Virus record (IMG/VR): IMGVR_UViG_2721756095_000004
Location: 35,705 to 99,704 of that record
Direction: 5' to 3' (one strand)
DNA length: 64,000 nucleotides
From: a virus
Taxonomy: Duplodnaviria > Caudoviricetes
Positions 28,554 to 38,422 of this stretch are shown piece after piece (position 1 is the first letter of the stretch; the number at the start of each line of letters is the position of its first letter). The translations under genes and the position numbers were made by a program. The notes beneath the pieces were generated by a model that was not told where the DNA came from, did no database searches, and was given only the letters and a program-made list of their open reading frames with translations.

Positions 28554-28709
28554 TCAATCCACCTGACCCTTAAATGATCCCACTATCAAGGCAGCGATTA
28601 ACAAAAACCAGCCCCACCCATCCACTTGCTTATAAATCAGGAATGCCGCCATACCCATGATTGATACAGGCACAGAGCAGATAACAATGGTCTGGATCAA
28701 TTCCTTCAT
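28554..28709 (-). CDS. 51-aa membrane protein with GWGWFL motif
   Basis: MKELIQTIVICSVPVSIMGMAAFLIYKQVDGWGWFLLIAALIVGSFKGQVD, ATGA overlap, translated by hand. Confidence 0.55.
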   Translation of the reverse strand: MKELIQTIVICSVPVSIMGMAAFLIYKQVDGWGWFLLIAALIVGSFKGQVD

Positions 28710-29038
28710 ACTGGTGCCTCCGCTCCGAATAGTTGAGCGAATGCTGCAGCTCTGCCTGAGTTTGTGTGCTCATCGTCTGCGAGTTCAGCCCTTGCTACGA
28801 CATAATCTGCAAGCGTCTGAACATACTCAGCATCCAGCGGAAACGCATCTCCCAGCAAAGCCTCTCCGGTTGGGAGGCTCGAATACTGCCCCACGAACAA
28901 ATCCGGCCTGCGCTTGGTGACAGCAAGAACGCCATGATTGGCGTAAGCAAGCAAATTAACGTCCGTGTACCGGGCTTTATCGGAATCGTTGAGCGGGATC
29001 CTGGCCAGGTCCACCACGCTTTGGTAGGTGAACGCCAT
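28706..29038 (-). CDS. Head completion / adaptor-like protein
   Basis: AR..LND....R.....LL...N......RPD, L.DYV..RA...D. Confidence 0.65.
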   Translation of the reverse strand: MAFTYQSVVDLARIPLNDSDKARYTDVNLLAYANHGVLAVTKRRPDLFVGQYSSLPTGEALLGDAFPLDAEYVQTLADYVVARAELADDEHTNSGRAAAFAQLFGAEAPV

Positions 29039-29454
29039 CAGTTATCCGTCTCATGTTTACCGAACAGCGCAATGACTCTGTGCCGGATCGTTTCTTCGTT
29101 CTTGCGCTTATCCAGCCGCTCGTTGTATTTCGTTTCAGCGAATTTGATCAGAGCGTCCTTGTCCATGGCATGGAAGTCGACTACAGGAAGTGGCTCTTCC
29201 ACAGCCTTTTCTTCAGTCGACAGGCCTATTTCTTCGGCTTGCGTCGACGTAGTGTCGACATCTTTTTTTTCTGTGTTATCAGGCTCTTGATTTGAGTCGA
29301 CGTTATCCACCGGCGTCCATGTGTCGACGTAGACCAACAGTCTTTCAGCAACCTCTGCGCTTACATTGCGCACTTGCCCGGGCTCCCAACGCAGCCCTAC
29401 GCCGCGTATGCTGTCTACCTTTACGCCTTGGGCTATATATTTAACTTGTGGCAT
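29038..29454 (-). CDS. Hypothetical head-region protein with HeH-like C-terminus
   Basis: M.K..L..FA...Y...LDKR....R; RBS GGAG. Confidence 0.65.
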   Translation of the reverse strand: MPQVKYIAQGVKVDSIRGVGLRWEPGQVRNVSAEVAERLLVYVDTWTPVDNVDSNQEPDNTEKKDVDTTSTQAEEIGLSTEEKAVEEPLPVVDFHAMDKDALIKFAETKYNERLDKRKNEETIRHRVIALFGKHETDN

Positions 29455-29463
29455 TTGCACTCC

Positions 29464-29492
29464 AAAAAAAGGGCAACCCCGAAGAGTTGCCC
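29464..29492 (-). terminator. Intrinsic terminator after capsid and cement genes
   Basis: GGGCAACTC-TTCG-GGGTTGCCC-TTTTTTT. Confidence 0.8.
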
Positions 29493-29510
29493 CACCGCTT
29501 CAAAGGAAAC

Positions 29511-29957
29511 TTACTTGACGCCGGTCGCTTCGCCGGTTGCTATTGCCGTAACCTTGCCCGATGCGAACGTTGCGGCGGCGGCTGTCAGAGTCACTGTTAC
29601 CCACACATCCTTTTCGAACTTCACCGGCTGGAAATTCATCGACGTGCGAGCGGCGCTCCGCAGGATCGTGCTGCCAGCAGCGACGAAATAATCATCGTCA
29701 GCGGTAGGCCCATCAGTCGAATTCACCGGCTCGTAGCCGATCTTGCAGGCCATAAGAGGCGTTGCGTTGCTGTCCAGGTCATCATTCACGATTTCCAGGC
29801 CAGTCAAAGTCATTCCAGCAGGAATGCGAAGTGGTTTGTACACATCAGCCAATGCGCCAGCGGTCGGCGTAACCGAGCCCCAGGCCAGTGCCATGTTTCC
29901 ATACCCGCCCATGTGCATGGGTTTGGTATTCAAGTCTGTTGCGCTAAATGTAGCCAT
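29511..29957 (-). CDS. Capsid cement/decoration protein
   Basis: Follows capsid; IPAG......DLD.....L...IG beta-rich pattern; RBS AGGAG. Confidence 0.7.
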   Translation of the reverse strand: MATFSATDLNTKPMHMGGYGNMALAWGSVTPTAGALADVYKPLRIPAGMTLTGLEIVNDDLDSNATPLMACKIGYEPVNSTDGPTADDDYFVAAGSTILRSAARTSMNFQPVKFEKDVWVTVTLTAAAATFASGKVTAIATGEATGVK

Positions 29958-30022
29958 TGATAAAACTCCTTGCGAATTAAGGGACTAGCGGGCTATGAAA
30001 GCCCCGCTTATGTCATTTCAGG

Positions 30023-31294
30023 TTAGAGAGGGACGGCCGAGTCAACCGCTATCACGCCGAAGTCTGTCGGAACCTTGGAACCGGTGCCGTCGTCGATGGA
30101 GAAGCGGGTTTTCATGTGGCCGCAAACCTTCTCGCCCATGACTTCCAGATTGCTCTCGAAGTTGTACCAGTGCTCTTTCCAGCCGAACTGCATGCCGCTG
30201 GTCTTGGTCTTGCCGTAGGCGATACCCAAGGCTTGCGCGCCAAGCAACAGGCCGCGCTCTACCCCGTAACCGGCGCCGATAGAAGCATTCACAGTCTGAT
30301 CGGTTTCAGTGGCGGTTGCGGCATTGGCCGAAGTGATGATCTTCGTGGACTCGCTCGGGGCAAAGCGCACGGCACGCTCGTTCTTCACCACCAGGATGCC
30401 GTTCCACATTCCAACTTCGCCGGCAAACAGCGGATGGCGAGTGTCGAAATAAGCGGCACGGTTCACGGCGTTTTGCTGGAAAGCGCGGAGAGACCCTTCG
30501 CTCAGCAGAATCGAGTATTGATTCGGCGTTGCGAGGAATACCCACATTTTCGAGGTTTGCGAGGCCTTGTCACCGGCGAGTTTGATGGATTGCAGAGGCT
30601 GATCCATATCGTCGATGAGCTTGCGCAATCCGTCCAGGTGAGCAAGCTTCAGCGCATCGGTAGATACGATGGAGCCCAATTGCTGGCCACCTTGCGTAAG
30701 GTTCGCGCCGTTCACCACATAATGCCGGTTGTAGGTAGGGGCCTTAACCGAGTTAACCATGATCGAGCCGAAGTTCGATGCGCTTTGGAGAGGGATAACC
30801 CAATCCGTACCAATTTGCGATCCCCGGGCACCAGCCAGATGCACGAGCACTTGCTGGGAGTTCAGCCGCGGAAAATAACCAGACAACTGAGCAAGAGCAA
30901 TCTCGCGCAGATTGTGCTTCGTGCGTTGCTGCGACATCGAGCCGCCAGCGTCAATGACCTTGCTGGACAAGTCGATCTTGATTTCCATCGAAGAAAACGA
31001 GAGCGCGCTGCCGCGGCCTTCGCGGTTTACATCTCCCATCAGGGGTTCGCCGCTGATCGTATCAACCAAGTCGAGAGATACAACGTCGCCTGCGCTCTTC
31101 ATCAGGTTGTCGATGCGCACGATCGGCATGCCGGCATGAGTCTGCCCGGCTACCATTTCCATCCCTGAGCTCGGTTCAATCGCCCCGACCAACTGATCGA
31201 TCGCGGTGGAGCCTTTCAGCGTATTGGCAAACAGCGCCGCGCTATAGTGTTTTACTGCTAACGAACTTCCGCTCGCTACGTTTGTTTCAGCCAT
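30023..31294 (-). CDS. Major capsid protein (N4-gp56/DUF4043 family)
   Basis: L.K.AGD.V..DL, MSQQRT.H.LR, HLAGARG, HPLF.G..GMWNGILV, D.GVI..D. Confidence 0.9.
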   Translation of the reverse strand: MAETNVASGSSLAVKHYSAALFANTLKGSTAIDQLVGAIEPSSGMEMVAGQTHAGMPIVRIDNLMKSAGDVVSLDLVDTISGEPLMGDVNREGRGSALSFSSMEIKIDLSSKVIDAGGSMSQQRTKHNLREIALAQLSGYFPRLNSQQVLVHLAGARGSQIGTDWVIPLQSASNFGSIMVNSVKAPTYNRHYVVNGANLTQGGQQLGSIVSTDALKLAHLDGLRKLIDDMDQPLQSIKLAGDKASQTSKMWVFLATPNQYSILLSEGSLRAFQQNAVNRAAYFDTRHPLFAGEVGMWNGILVVKNERAVRFAPSESTKIITSANAATATETDQTVNASIGAGYGVERGLLLGAQALGIAYGKTKTSGMQFGWKEHWYNFESNLEVMGEKVCGHMKTRFSIDDGTGSKVPTDFGVIAVDSAVPL

Positions 31295-31305
31295 TTCAAA
31301 TTTCC

Positions 31306-32250
31306 TTAATCAAATTCGGCTCTCAGGGCGCGCGCTTTATGTTCCGGCATGCTGGTGAGCTTCTTGACGAGTTCCAGAGGACTCAGGTTCTCAAGTTGCT
31401 CACTTTCGGATGCAGGATTTGCGCCGCCTTGAATATCCGATAGGGTTGTGGGTTTCTTCGCCGGTGCAGCGTCAAGCTTGGCTTTCGCCTTGACTTTGAT
31501 CTGCTCCGGCTCATCTGCTTTTTTCGGTGCGGAGGCGTCAGGCATAATGGCGCGCACCCGGCGGGCGACTTCCTCGAATCGTTCAGCGTATGGCTTGCTC
31601 GCCCACTTGCTGGCGGTTCTCAGAATCTCGTCCTGCTTAAGCGCTTCGTCCCAGGCTTCCGGATCGTTGCTCTCCCAATGTGTCAAGTCAGGGTTATTGT
31701 CCTTGGCTTCGGCAACCTGTTCGGCAACGCTCAATTGCTTCACGCGCTCGGATTCCTCCTTTTCGCGTTTCAACTCTTGCAGCGTCTTTTCCAGCTTTTC
31801 GCCTTGCTCTCGGCTTCCTTTGAGAACTGAGGTAATCACTTCGTGGAGTTCCGGCATGTTTTCCTTGATGTTCTCAAGGTGCGCGGCTATGGCATCATCT
31901 ACCTTCGCCTCATCCTTGCCAGTCTTGGCCTCATCCTTAGCCTTCAGCAGTTCGTCCAGTTTGCCTTTGGCATCCTCGAGTTCCTGCCTGAGCGTAGAAT
32001 TCTCCACCCGCAATTCCTTGTGCTTCTCGTAGGGAATAATCCCTTTGCCGCTCTTGTTCAGAACGACCGGCACATCTTCGCCCGCGCCGTTAGCCGCGCT
32101 ATCCACTTCCTGTTCGGGCTCATCCTTTGCCGCTTGCTTGCCTAGAATCTCCTCGATTTTGCTGGGGTCGTTCTCCAGTTCCTCGATTTGTTCCGGCGTG
32201 AGATTTGCTATTTGCTCATCCGTAAGTTGATCTACTTCCATTGCCTTCAT
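31306..32250 (-). CDS. Scaffolding protein
   Basis: Acidic coiled coil upstream of capsid; K.G...IPY, P.TLSDI.GG. Confidence 0.8.
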   Translation of the reverse strand: MKAMEVDQLTDEQIANLTPEQIEELENDPSKIEEILGKQAAKDEPEQEVDSAANGAGEDVPVVLNKSGKGIIPYEKHKELRVENSTLRQELEDAKGKLDELLKAKDEAKTGKDEAKVDDAIAAHLENIKENMPELHEVITSVLKGSREQGEKLEKTLQELKREKEESERVKQLSVAEQVAEAKDNNPDLTHWESNDPEAWDEALKQDEILRTASKWASKPYAERFEEVARRVRAIMPDASAPKKADEPEQIKVKAKAKLDAAPAKKPTTLSDIQGGANPASESEQLENLSPLELVKKLTSMPEHKARALRAEFD

Positions 32251-32373
32251 CTCCACTTCTTAACGCAGTGAGCGCGCCCTTTCGGGGTTAATAAAAGACT
32301 GCGGTATCGCCGTTAGCGCGTGAAACTATCAACAGTTATTCGAAGATTTCGAGTAACTGAAGTTGATACCCAT

Positions 32374-32406
32374 TAAAAAAGCCGCCCGAGTTTCCAGGGG
32401 CGGCTT
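32374..32406 (-). terminator. Intrinsic terminator-like hairpin after the hydrolase gene
   Basis: GCCGCCC...GGGCGGCTTTTTT. Confidence 0.65.
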
Positions 32407-32430
32407 AGTGTGTTGATATTTAAGTAATTC

Positions 32431-33393
32431 TTATCCGATAATAGCCATAGCGTTTTTGGCTGCGGCCCACCAATTACCCGACGCTCCGCCCCAATTGAGC
32501 CAAACTGTAATGTCAGCTCCGCGCAGAGCCGTAGTTCTTGCGTTTTCCAGCATCCTTTCGGTTACGCCCGAATCATCCTCCCCGACGCTCATGTAATCGA
32601 CGCACATGATCGTTTTGGCGGCCATCGGGAAGGCTGTCGCAACCGGCGGTATTCCTGACTGCATATCAGGTATTCGGTGCGTGTCAGAGAGACCGGCATA
32701 CATTCCCTGCCCGATAGACCAGTTAAGCTCGGCCACGACCTCCGCGTCTTCGCTCCCATCGCAATAGTTATAGAAGGGATAAATCTCCTTACCGGGGAAG
32801 CAGCTCTGAATGTGTAAGCACATCTCGCGATGAGCGTCTCTAATCTGCCCTGTCGTCAACCCGGCAACAGGCCATAGCTCGCCAAATCCCCATGCGGATT
32901 CGTCAGGGCCAATACCCTGAAGGGCCGAGTGGTTTCCGACTGCTGCCGCCATCGCTGTAATCAACGCTTTGTAACGCGCCATTACATTCGGATTGTCTAG
33001 CCGCGGAGACCATGCGCTGAATCTGTTTATCCGTAATCCACCTGTTGTTGCATCACCCCCGTAGGTGACTTCATCGTTCAGAATATACGCTGGCAAAGGC
33101 TTCGGCTTGGCGGCGGAAACGGTTTTCGTGAAGATTCGAACGATTACCTTTTTTCCGTATGTAGCCGCGTAATTAAGGGTCGTCGTTAACGCCGAGAAGT
33201 CGTAAACGCCTTCCGCTGTCTCCATCGCTACCCACGAGCAGGGATATAAAATGCCTTCCGTATCCAAGACGCACTGATGATGCCAACTCAGAGATGAGCT
33301 CATCGCAACGTCGTAAGAATCCGGGAGCATCCAGTTTTCGTGATGGCCAGCGAAAGGCGCTACCGGAGCGAGATTGACGACCAACAAACTCAT
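32431..33393 (-). CDS. Glycoside hydrolase-like TIM-barrel protein (clan GH-A-like)
   Basis: W..ME..EG.YDFS.L...L..A...GKK..VR, P.Y, P......Y..LI.A, G...DES. Confidence 0.6.
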   Translation of the reverse strand: MSLLVVNLAPVAPFAGHHENWMLPDSYDVAMSSSLSWHHQCVLDTEGILYPCSWVAMETAEGVYDFSALTTTLNYAATYGKKVIVRIFTKTVSAAKPKPLPAYILNDEVTYGGDATTGGLRINRFSAWSPRLDNPNVMARYKALITAMAAAVGNHSALQGIGPDESAWGFGELWPVAGLTTGQIRDAHREMCLHIQSCFPGKEIYPFYNYCDGSEDAEVVAELNWSIGQGMYAGLSDTHRIPDMQSGIPPVATAFPMAAKTIMCVDYMSVGEDDSGVTERMLENARTTALRGADITVWLNWGGASGNWWAAAKNAMAIIG

Positions 33394-34148
33394 ATCGATT
33401 CGAGAATCACTGAGTAACTGATCAAGTCAAAGGAATCCAAGGCGCTCGCGGTCGCCACGCCGATTGAAACTGTCATAGCCGCGTCAGTATTGATATTGGT
33501 AGTTAGATCAGACGCTGCACCAGTCGTTTGCTGCTGTGGAGCAAGCCACGCGGTAGTACATGCTGTGGTCGCAGTTGCAACAACCAGCTCTGCATCTGCC
33601 CTGTTCTGCTGTAGGTTCGTGGCCGTTAGGCTCAGGAAATACGCCCTTGGGTCAGCGGAAGTCCCGGCAGTGCCGATATAGATAGTCGCCGTGGCTGCAG
33701 CTGTTGCTCCGCGGCGATAGAATAAAGCGCGCAGCCGAAGCGCTGAATGCCCTGGGATAAGCATCTTGGCAGGGATGACAAGAGAGCCGAATCCACCGCT
33801 CAGGTTGAATAGAGCATCGGCTGATCCTGTAATGGTGGCTACTGGAGCCGCTATCGATCCCTGCTTGCCGGCCAGTTTTACTTGACCATTAAGCGGCATC
33901 CATCCCGCCGAGGTCGCCTTCCAGAAAGATCCCGCTTCACCCCCAACATCTGAGATATTGATGACCGTACCGACCGCAGTAACGGAGTAATTCGGGCGCG
34001 TATTCCAAGTGTAAGTCAGTACTAGAGGTAGAGATTCCGCCTCTGCCGCAGATACAAGTTGCGACTCGATCTCAGAGGAAAAATTAACGACATCGCCGGC
34101 GCCATAACGAACGCCCGCTACTGTTTTTGCTTCCAATAATCGAATCAT
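33390..34148 (-). CDS. Head-fibre/decoration-like beta-rich protein
   Basis: MIRLL.....G.RY..G.VV......E..LV N-terminus; Thr/Ala-rich, IPA..L. Confidence 0.5.
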   Translation of the reverse strand: MIRLLEAKTVAGVRYGAGDVVNFSSEIESQLVSAAEAESLPLVLTYTWNTRPNYSVTAVGTVINISDVGGEAGSFWKATSAGWMPLNGQVKLAGKQGSIAAPVATITGSADALFNLSGGFGSLVIPAKMLIPGHSALRLRALFYRRGATAAATATIYIGTAGTSADPRAYFLSLTATNLQQNRADAELVVATATTACTTAWLAPQQQTTGAASDLTTNINTDAAMTVSIGVATASALDSFDLISYSVILESI

Positions 34149-34169
34149 GTCTGTCCTTCGTATTTTTGT

Positions 34170-36197
34170 TTAAATATGCGCGCTATCTATATGCTTTGAC
34201 ACTATTTCCTCTGCTTTAAGCCTGGAGTTAATGTCCAGTTCCCGCGCTTTCAGTTCCGCGTCAACGTCGATCTTCTTATCCTTGAGTTCAAGATCCTGTT
34301 CTTTGATGTCCAACTCGCGGGATCTGTCGGATAGTTGCTGCTGAGTCTTGGTCAACTCGCCCCGCAATCCTTGGATAACTTGATCCCGCTGCTGTATCTC
34401 AACCTGCGCCTGCTGCTGCATGGCCTGCATTTGCTGATCAGACTCAGCGATGCCCGCTACTTGCCGCAGTTGATCAGCAAGCTCATGACGATTCGGCACA
34501 TCGGACAGTTCGAGCATTACCGGATAGAGCACAGCCTGGAACTGAGGCGGCGCTGCCTGCACGATCTGACTCATCGCCTGCAGTTGTTGCGCCCTGAACG
34601 TCGGAGTAGCGGGAATGTCCTCAAGCACGACCTTGACCGCCGCGCTCGCGATGTCGTTCTCTACCGTTCCATCGTCCAACTTGCGATTAAAGTAGATGGT
34701 CTTTTGCTTTGCTCCCTGCTTAACAGCGATAGCCGTAGGCCTGCCGATCATCTCTTGCTTGATTAATGCCAGCAGTTGCTCGCCTACCATCCGCCGGGCA
34801 TAACGGAAATTGTCGTTCGGCTCAGCCAGTACCGTGGATCCCTGCTCGACCAAATTATTGATTGCAACGCCGCTGGTCGCCGAAGAATCAGCCCCGAGCA
34901 TGGCGCGGTAGATGCCGCCAACCTCTTCAATCCGTTTCTTGCGCTCTTGGACCAATTGGAACACTTGAGCCGCAAGAGCGTGTTCCCGGGTGACTCTAAA
35001 GCCGTTCGCGTTGCGCCGTTGCGAATTCAACACAGTCATCGACCTCAGACTGCTCATGTTCTGCGCGACTTCCTGATACGTGTTTTGAGACAGGTCCAGC
35101 GCGTCGTTATCGACCTCTACCTTGACCGAATTCAGGACTTCATAAAGCAGAATATCCAGATCAATGATCTGATCCTGCGGCCCGCGCATATCGCGAATCA
35201 GGCCGTAAGGTGTGCGGCTTCTGTCTTTACGGAAGCACCAGAAAGGCACGTAGGGGAAATTGCTGTGTGGGAGAGGCGTAGGCACGTCCATCAATTTATG
35301 TGGCCCGAGCCATATTGAGACACGCAATCTCGACAGCAGCGCCTTCTGGACCTGCACGAGCCCTTGAGCGACCGCCGCCTGGTGATATGGATTCTCCTCA
35401 ACGTACTCTATGGACTTGCCGTCAGGAAGCGCCAGAACGTGCGCATCTTCGTAATGCCGGTACCAGAGCTCAGACAAGCGCACCATGCCAGAAGATTGAT
35501 TCAGGTAATCCTCTTGATTCCTTCCCCAGGTCTGCTCGATCTCGTACGCCCGAGCCATGTTCGTATCGCCACCGTCGTAAACGTCCAACGTGTTCCAGCG
35601 ATTCCACGAGTTCCCGATCAACTGAGATTCTTCCGGAAACATGCGCAACGCCTGTTCTCGGTCTACCCATTTATCACGGCGCAAGTAACGCGCATCGGAC
35701 AAGTCGGGTTCCCTGGCCGTCCAGTCCCAATGGATCTCGTTTCTATGTACTTCGCGGACCCGATACGGGTACTTCAGCGGATCGAATTCGCGTGATACTT
35801 CAACCCAGCCGATACCGGAGCGAATCATGCTGGAATAGGCGTCGGACATTGCCCGATCAGCGCGGCTCTCGCTTTCTACTTCTTTGATCTTCGCGGACAG
35901 ACCCTCGGCTATCTCGGCCTGCTGTTCATCGTCGGAGGTTACTTTATAATCGGTGCGTGAGCGCGCTTCAAGGCCCAGGACGGCGTTTATCGTCGGCTTG
36001 ATCAGGTTGCTATCTTGCGGCGGAATTCCGGCATCCTTGAGGCGCTGGTTAACCTCGACGCTCGTCTGGGCGCCATCGTAGTAATCGCAATCGGTATCGG
36101 AGTCGAGGCGCCACTTTGGAGAGTTTCTGATGTCGCGGCATATCTTGTCGTATGCGGAAACATCAATATCCTTGGTGATCGGGGCTTCAGTTGTCAT
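34170..36197 (-). CDS. Portal protein (P22-like)
   Basis: YYDG.Q, NLI.P.IN..LG, G.GW.EV, FPYVPF, YGL.R.M...Q, SG.AI; C-terminal coiled coil. Confidence 0.92.
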   Translation of the reverse strand: MTTEAPITKDIDVSAYDKICRDIRNSPKWRLDSDTDCDYYDGAQTSVEVNQRLKDAGIPPQDSNLIKPTINAVLGLEARSRTDYKVTSDDEQQAEIAEGLSAKIKEVESESRADRAMSDAYSSMIRSGIGWVEVSREFDPLKYPYRVREVHRNEIHWDWTAREPDLSDARYLRRDKWVDREQALRMFPEESQLIGNSWNRWNTLDVYDGGDTNMARAYEIEQTWGRNQEDYLNQSSGMVRLSELWYRHYEDAHVLALPDGKSIEYVEENPYHQAAVAQGLVQVQKALLSRLRVSIWLGPHKLMDVPTPLPHSNFPYVPFWCFRKDRSRTPYGLIRDMRGPQDQIIDLDILLYEVLNSVKVEVDNDALDLSQNTYQEVAQNMSSLRSMTVLNSQRRNANGFRVTREHALAAQVFQLVQERKKRIEEVGGIYRAMLGADSSATSGVAINNLVEQGSTVLAEPNDNFRYARRMVGEQLLALIKQEMIGRPTAIAVKQGAKQKTIYFNRKLDDGTVENDIASAAVKVVLEDIPATPTFRAQQLQAMSQIVQAAPPQFQAVLYPVMLELSDVPNRHELADQLRQVAGIAESDQQMQAMQQQAQVEIQQRDQVIQGLRGELTKTQQQLSDRSRELDIKEQDLELKDKKIDVDAELKARELDINSRLKAEEIVSKHIDSAHI

Positions 36198-36470
36198 TAG
36201 CTAAGGAACCAGTCGAACAGTTTTTTGGATGCATCATCGGACAGCCTCGCGGAATCTTCCATTCCATACCCTGACACCCTTACGTATTCGCCGAGCATTG
36301 TCGCTGAGGCATATAGCGAGCTTCTTTTCGCCGATCCGCCATTCAAGGACCAACTCAAGGATCTCGCTTGTGGTTACCCGGACCGGTTCTGCGCGCCCCT
36401 GAAACATTGAGTGCGCGTTAGCGCTCAACTCGATCGCTCGCCGAACTATGGCAACAGGAAACTTGATCAC
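36197..36470 (-). pseudogene. Small gene with probable 2-bp frameshift near 36320
   Basis: GTGA-coupled start frame reads ...EWRIGEKKL; another frame continues SLYASATMLGEYVRVSG...LFDWFLS to a TAATG overlap with the portal start. Confidence 0.5.
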
Positions 36471-37720
36471 GCCCTCCATCCTGGCATCCTGATACCGCGA
36501 GCGCTCGATGCCGGCTTATCCTCTTCAATCGCCACAGCGAAATATCTGAAAGCGTCGGCCGCGTGACTGTGGTAGTCATGCAATGGCCTTCCGCTAAACT
36601 GCTTGGTATCTTTGTCAACTTCGAACCGGTAATGTCTCAACGATTGCAATCCTTCAGCACATTTCTGCTCATCAAAATAACAGCGATTGAACACGGTTCT
36701 GGCGGCGTTGATGCCGTCGAAGATGGAAAGATTCGGCACTATCTGAACTTTCCGTCCGGCTGATACCATCAACTCCTCCACGCTTCGCCCTGTTGAGAGT
36801 GTCTTTGCGCGGGCATCGTGGGGTAAATAATCGGTCCCATATATGTACCCTTTGTTTTGCAACACGCCGATGTAGTGATTCAATGGCATCTGGTTATTAC
36901 TGTAATAATCTATGAGCCTCAGTTCGGCGCCGATGCTCTGCGCGAACCAAATGCTGGTGTTGTCTGCGAAACCAAGATCCCAGAACGTTTGTACTTGCTT
37001 GGCCGCGTCATATGGAGCCCTGCCAATCCGCCCCTCTTCCTGGGCCTGCCTCAATTCCTTCGCGTAAATCGCCCCATCGAGCGTTACCCTGCAGTTTCCT
37101 TCCCAAATATTCTGATAAGCATCCGGATCACGCGCCTTCAGCTCATCCTTTTCCTTCTGCAGCGTCTCAGGAAACCATGGGTTATCGTCCCAATTGATCT
37201 TGACCACGACAGCGTCACTCGGCGGCTTTGCGACAAAACGTTGGTAAGTCTCGTCTGAATCCAACTCAGGGTTGAACGTCAACCATATCTCTGAGCCATT
37301 CTTCCGGATGGTGGGGATCAATACTTCCCAGGATGTTTTCGAAACGGTCTGCGCTTCCTCAACCCAGACTCGATCCACGCCTTCAAATGACTTGATCTTG
37401 GTAACGTTGTTTCTCAGGCCGGCGAATACGAACTCACTGCCGTTGGCTCCCTTGATAGTGGCGTTCTGTATCTCGTAAAACGAATCCAGGCCAAGAGAGG
37501 CGATCTGCGACTGCAATAAGTGATGCACTGACTCAACTATGGAGTTCTGAAACTCACGAGCGCACAGTATGCGAAGCGGTGAAGCGGCGGCTTGGATCAA
37601 TAATGCTCTTGCGACTCCCCACGACTTCGCGCCACCACGACCACCGTAGAGAACCTTGTATCTAGCCGGGTGAAACAGGAACTCAAGTTTCTCGGGGAAT
37701 TCGGCTCTATGGGAGGTCAT
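36467..37720 (-). CDS. terL: Terminase large subunit (PBSX family)
   Basis: YGGRGGAKS Walker A, WVEEAQ Walker B, TFNP, WDLG..D, H.ADAFRY. Confidence 0.95.
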   Translation of the reverse strand: MTSHRAEFPEKLEFLFHPARYKVLYGGRGGAKSWGVARALLIQAAASPLRILCAREFQNSIVESVHHLLQSQIASLGLDSFYEIQNATIKGANGSEFVFAGLRNNVTKIKSFEGVDRVWVEEAQTVSKTSWEVLIPTIRKNGSEIWLTFNPELDSDETYQRFVAKPPSDAVVVKINWDDNPWFPETLQKEKDELKARDPDAYQNIWEGNCRVTLDGAIYAKELRQAQEEGRIGRAPYDAAKQVQTFWDLGFADNTSIWFAQSIGAELRLIDYYSNNQMPLNHYIGVLQNKGYIYGTDYLPHDARAKTLSTGRSVEELMVSAGRKVQIVPNLSIFDGINAARTVFNRCYFDEQKCAEGLQSLRHYRFEVDKDTKQFSGRPLHDYHSHAADAFRYFAVAIEEDKPASSARGIRMPGWRA

Positions 37721-38145
37721 ATTTCGTATGAGTCGCAACCATTCCCACAATCAGACTGAAACACACAAGCAACCTGGACAGCCTCGATTGCAGATTTGCC
37801 GAGATGCATTGCGGCCAACGCAAAGTCCCTGCCTGACCCCGCAGCCCAAAACTTATCCTCAACGGCGATTGGGTATGGTGTCCGTTCGTAGCTGCGCACA
37901 CCGTTCGCATCAGCCACAACAACTGTCGCCCAATCATCTTTGTCTCTCTGGCTACCTGGAAACGTTTCTGGATTGCATCCATTACGAACCCACTCGACCA
38001 TCAGCAGGCCTTGGTCAAGGTTTCCAGCAATCGCCACAACGGAGTCACCAACTCGGTAGATTTTGGTTACGGTGCGAGCAAGGCCGGAATTAATAGACCT
38101 TTTGTCGGCCGCTAGAGTGCGGCCGTCCCAGGCAATGACTGTCAT
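37717..38145 (-). CDS. Ntn-hydrolase / HslV-like peptidase
   Basis: M-T2 nucleophile, TVIAWDG.TLAAD, K, AGSG...A..AM. Confidence 0.75.
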   Translation of the reverse strand: MTVIAWDGRTLAADKRSINSGLARTVTKIYRVGDSVVAIAGNLDQGLLMVEWVRNGCNPETFPGSQRDKDDWATVVVADANGVRSYERTPYPIAVEDKFWAAGSGRDFALAAMHLGKSAIEAVQVACVFQSDCGNGCDSYEI

Positions 38146-38277
38146 TTACTCTGACACATCGGGCAAACAAGGCGGGGCTAAACGCAGCACCACATGACAG
38201 TTAATCGTGGCCGCGAGCCACAACCGCAGGGTTTCGCAATAAACCTTACGAAACGGAACCTTGTAATAACCCTTCAT
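38146..38277 (-). CDS. 43-aa hypothetical peptide
   Basis: RBS AAGGAG; stop abuts next ATG. Confidence 0.4.
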   Translation of the reverse strand: MKGYYKVPFRKVYCETLRLWLAATINCHVVLRLAPPCLPDVSE

Positions 38278-38422
38278 TTTTCACTCCTTTTTAATGTCAT
38301 TTCCCACTTCTGAAAATATAACCCCGCTAATTTCGATACCAACTCAGAAAAAAGGATGATGGTTTCCCACTTCACCCTATACCTGAGTATCAACCGGCTA
38401 ATTTAAATCGCTCATATCGCCT

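Noticed and set aside
30116-31168. 350-aa plus-strand ORF
   Set aside because: Antisense shadow of the capsid gene with no motifs; the same applies to most antisense ORFs in the track
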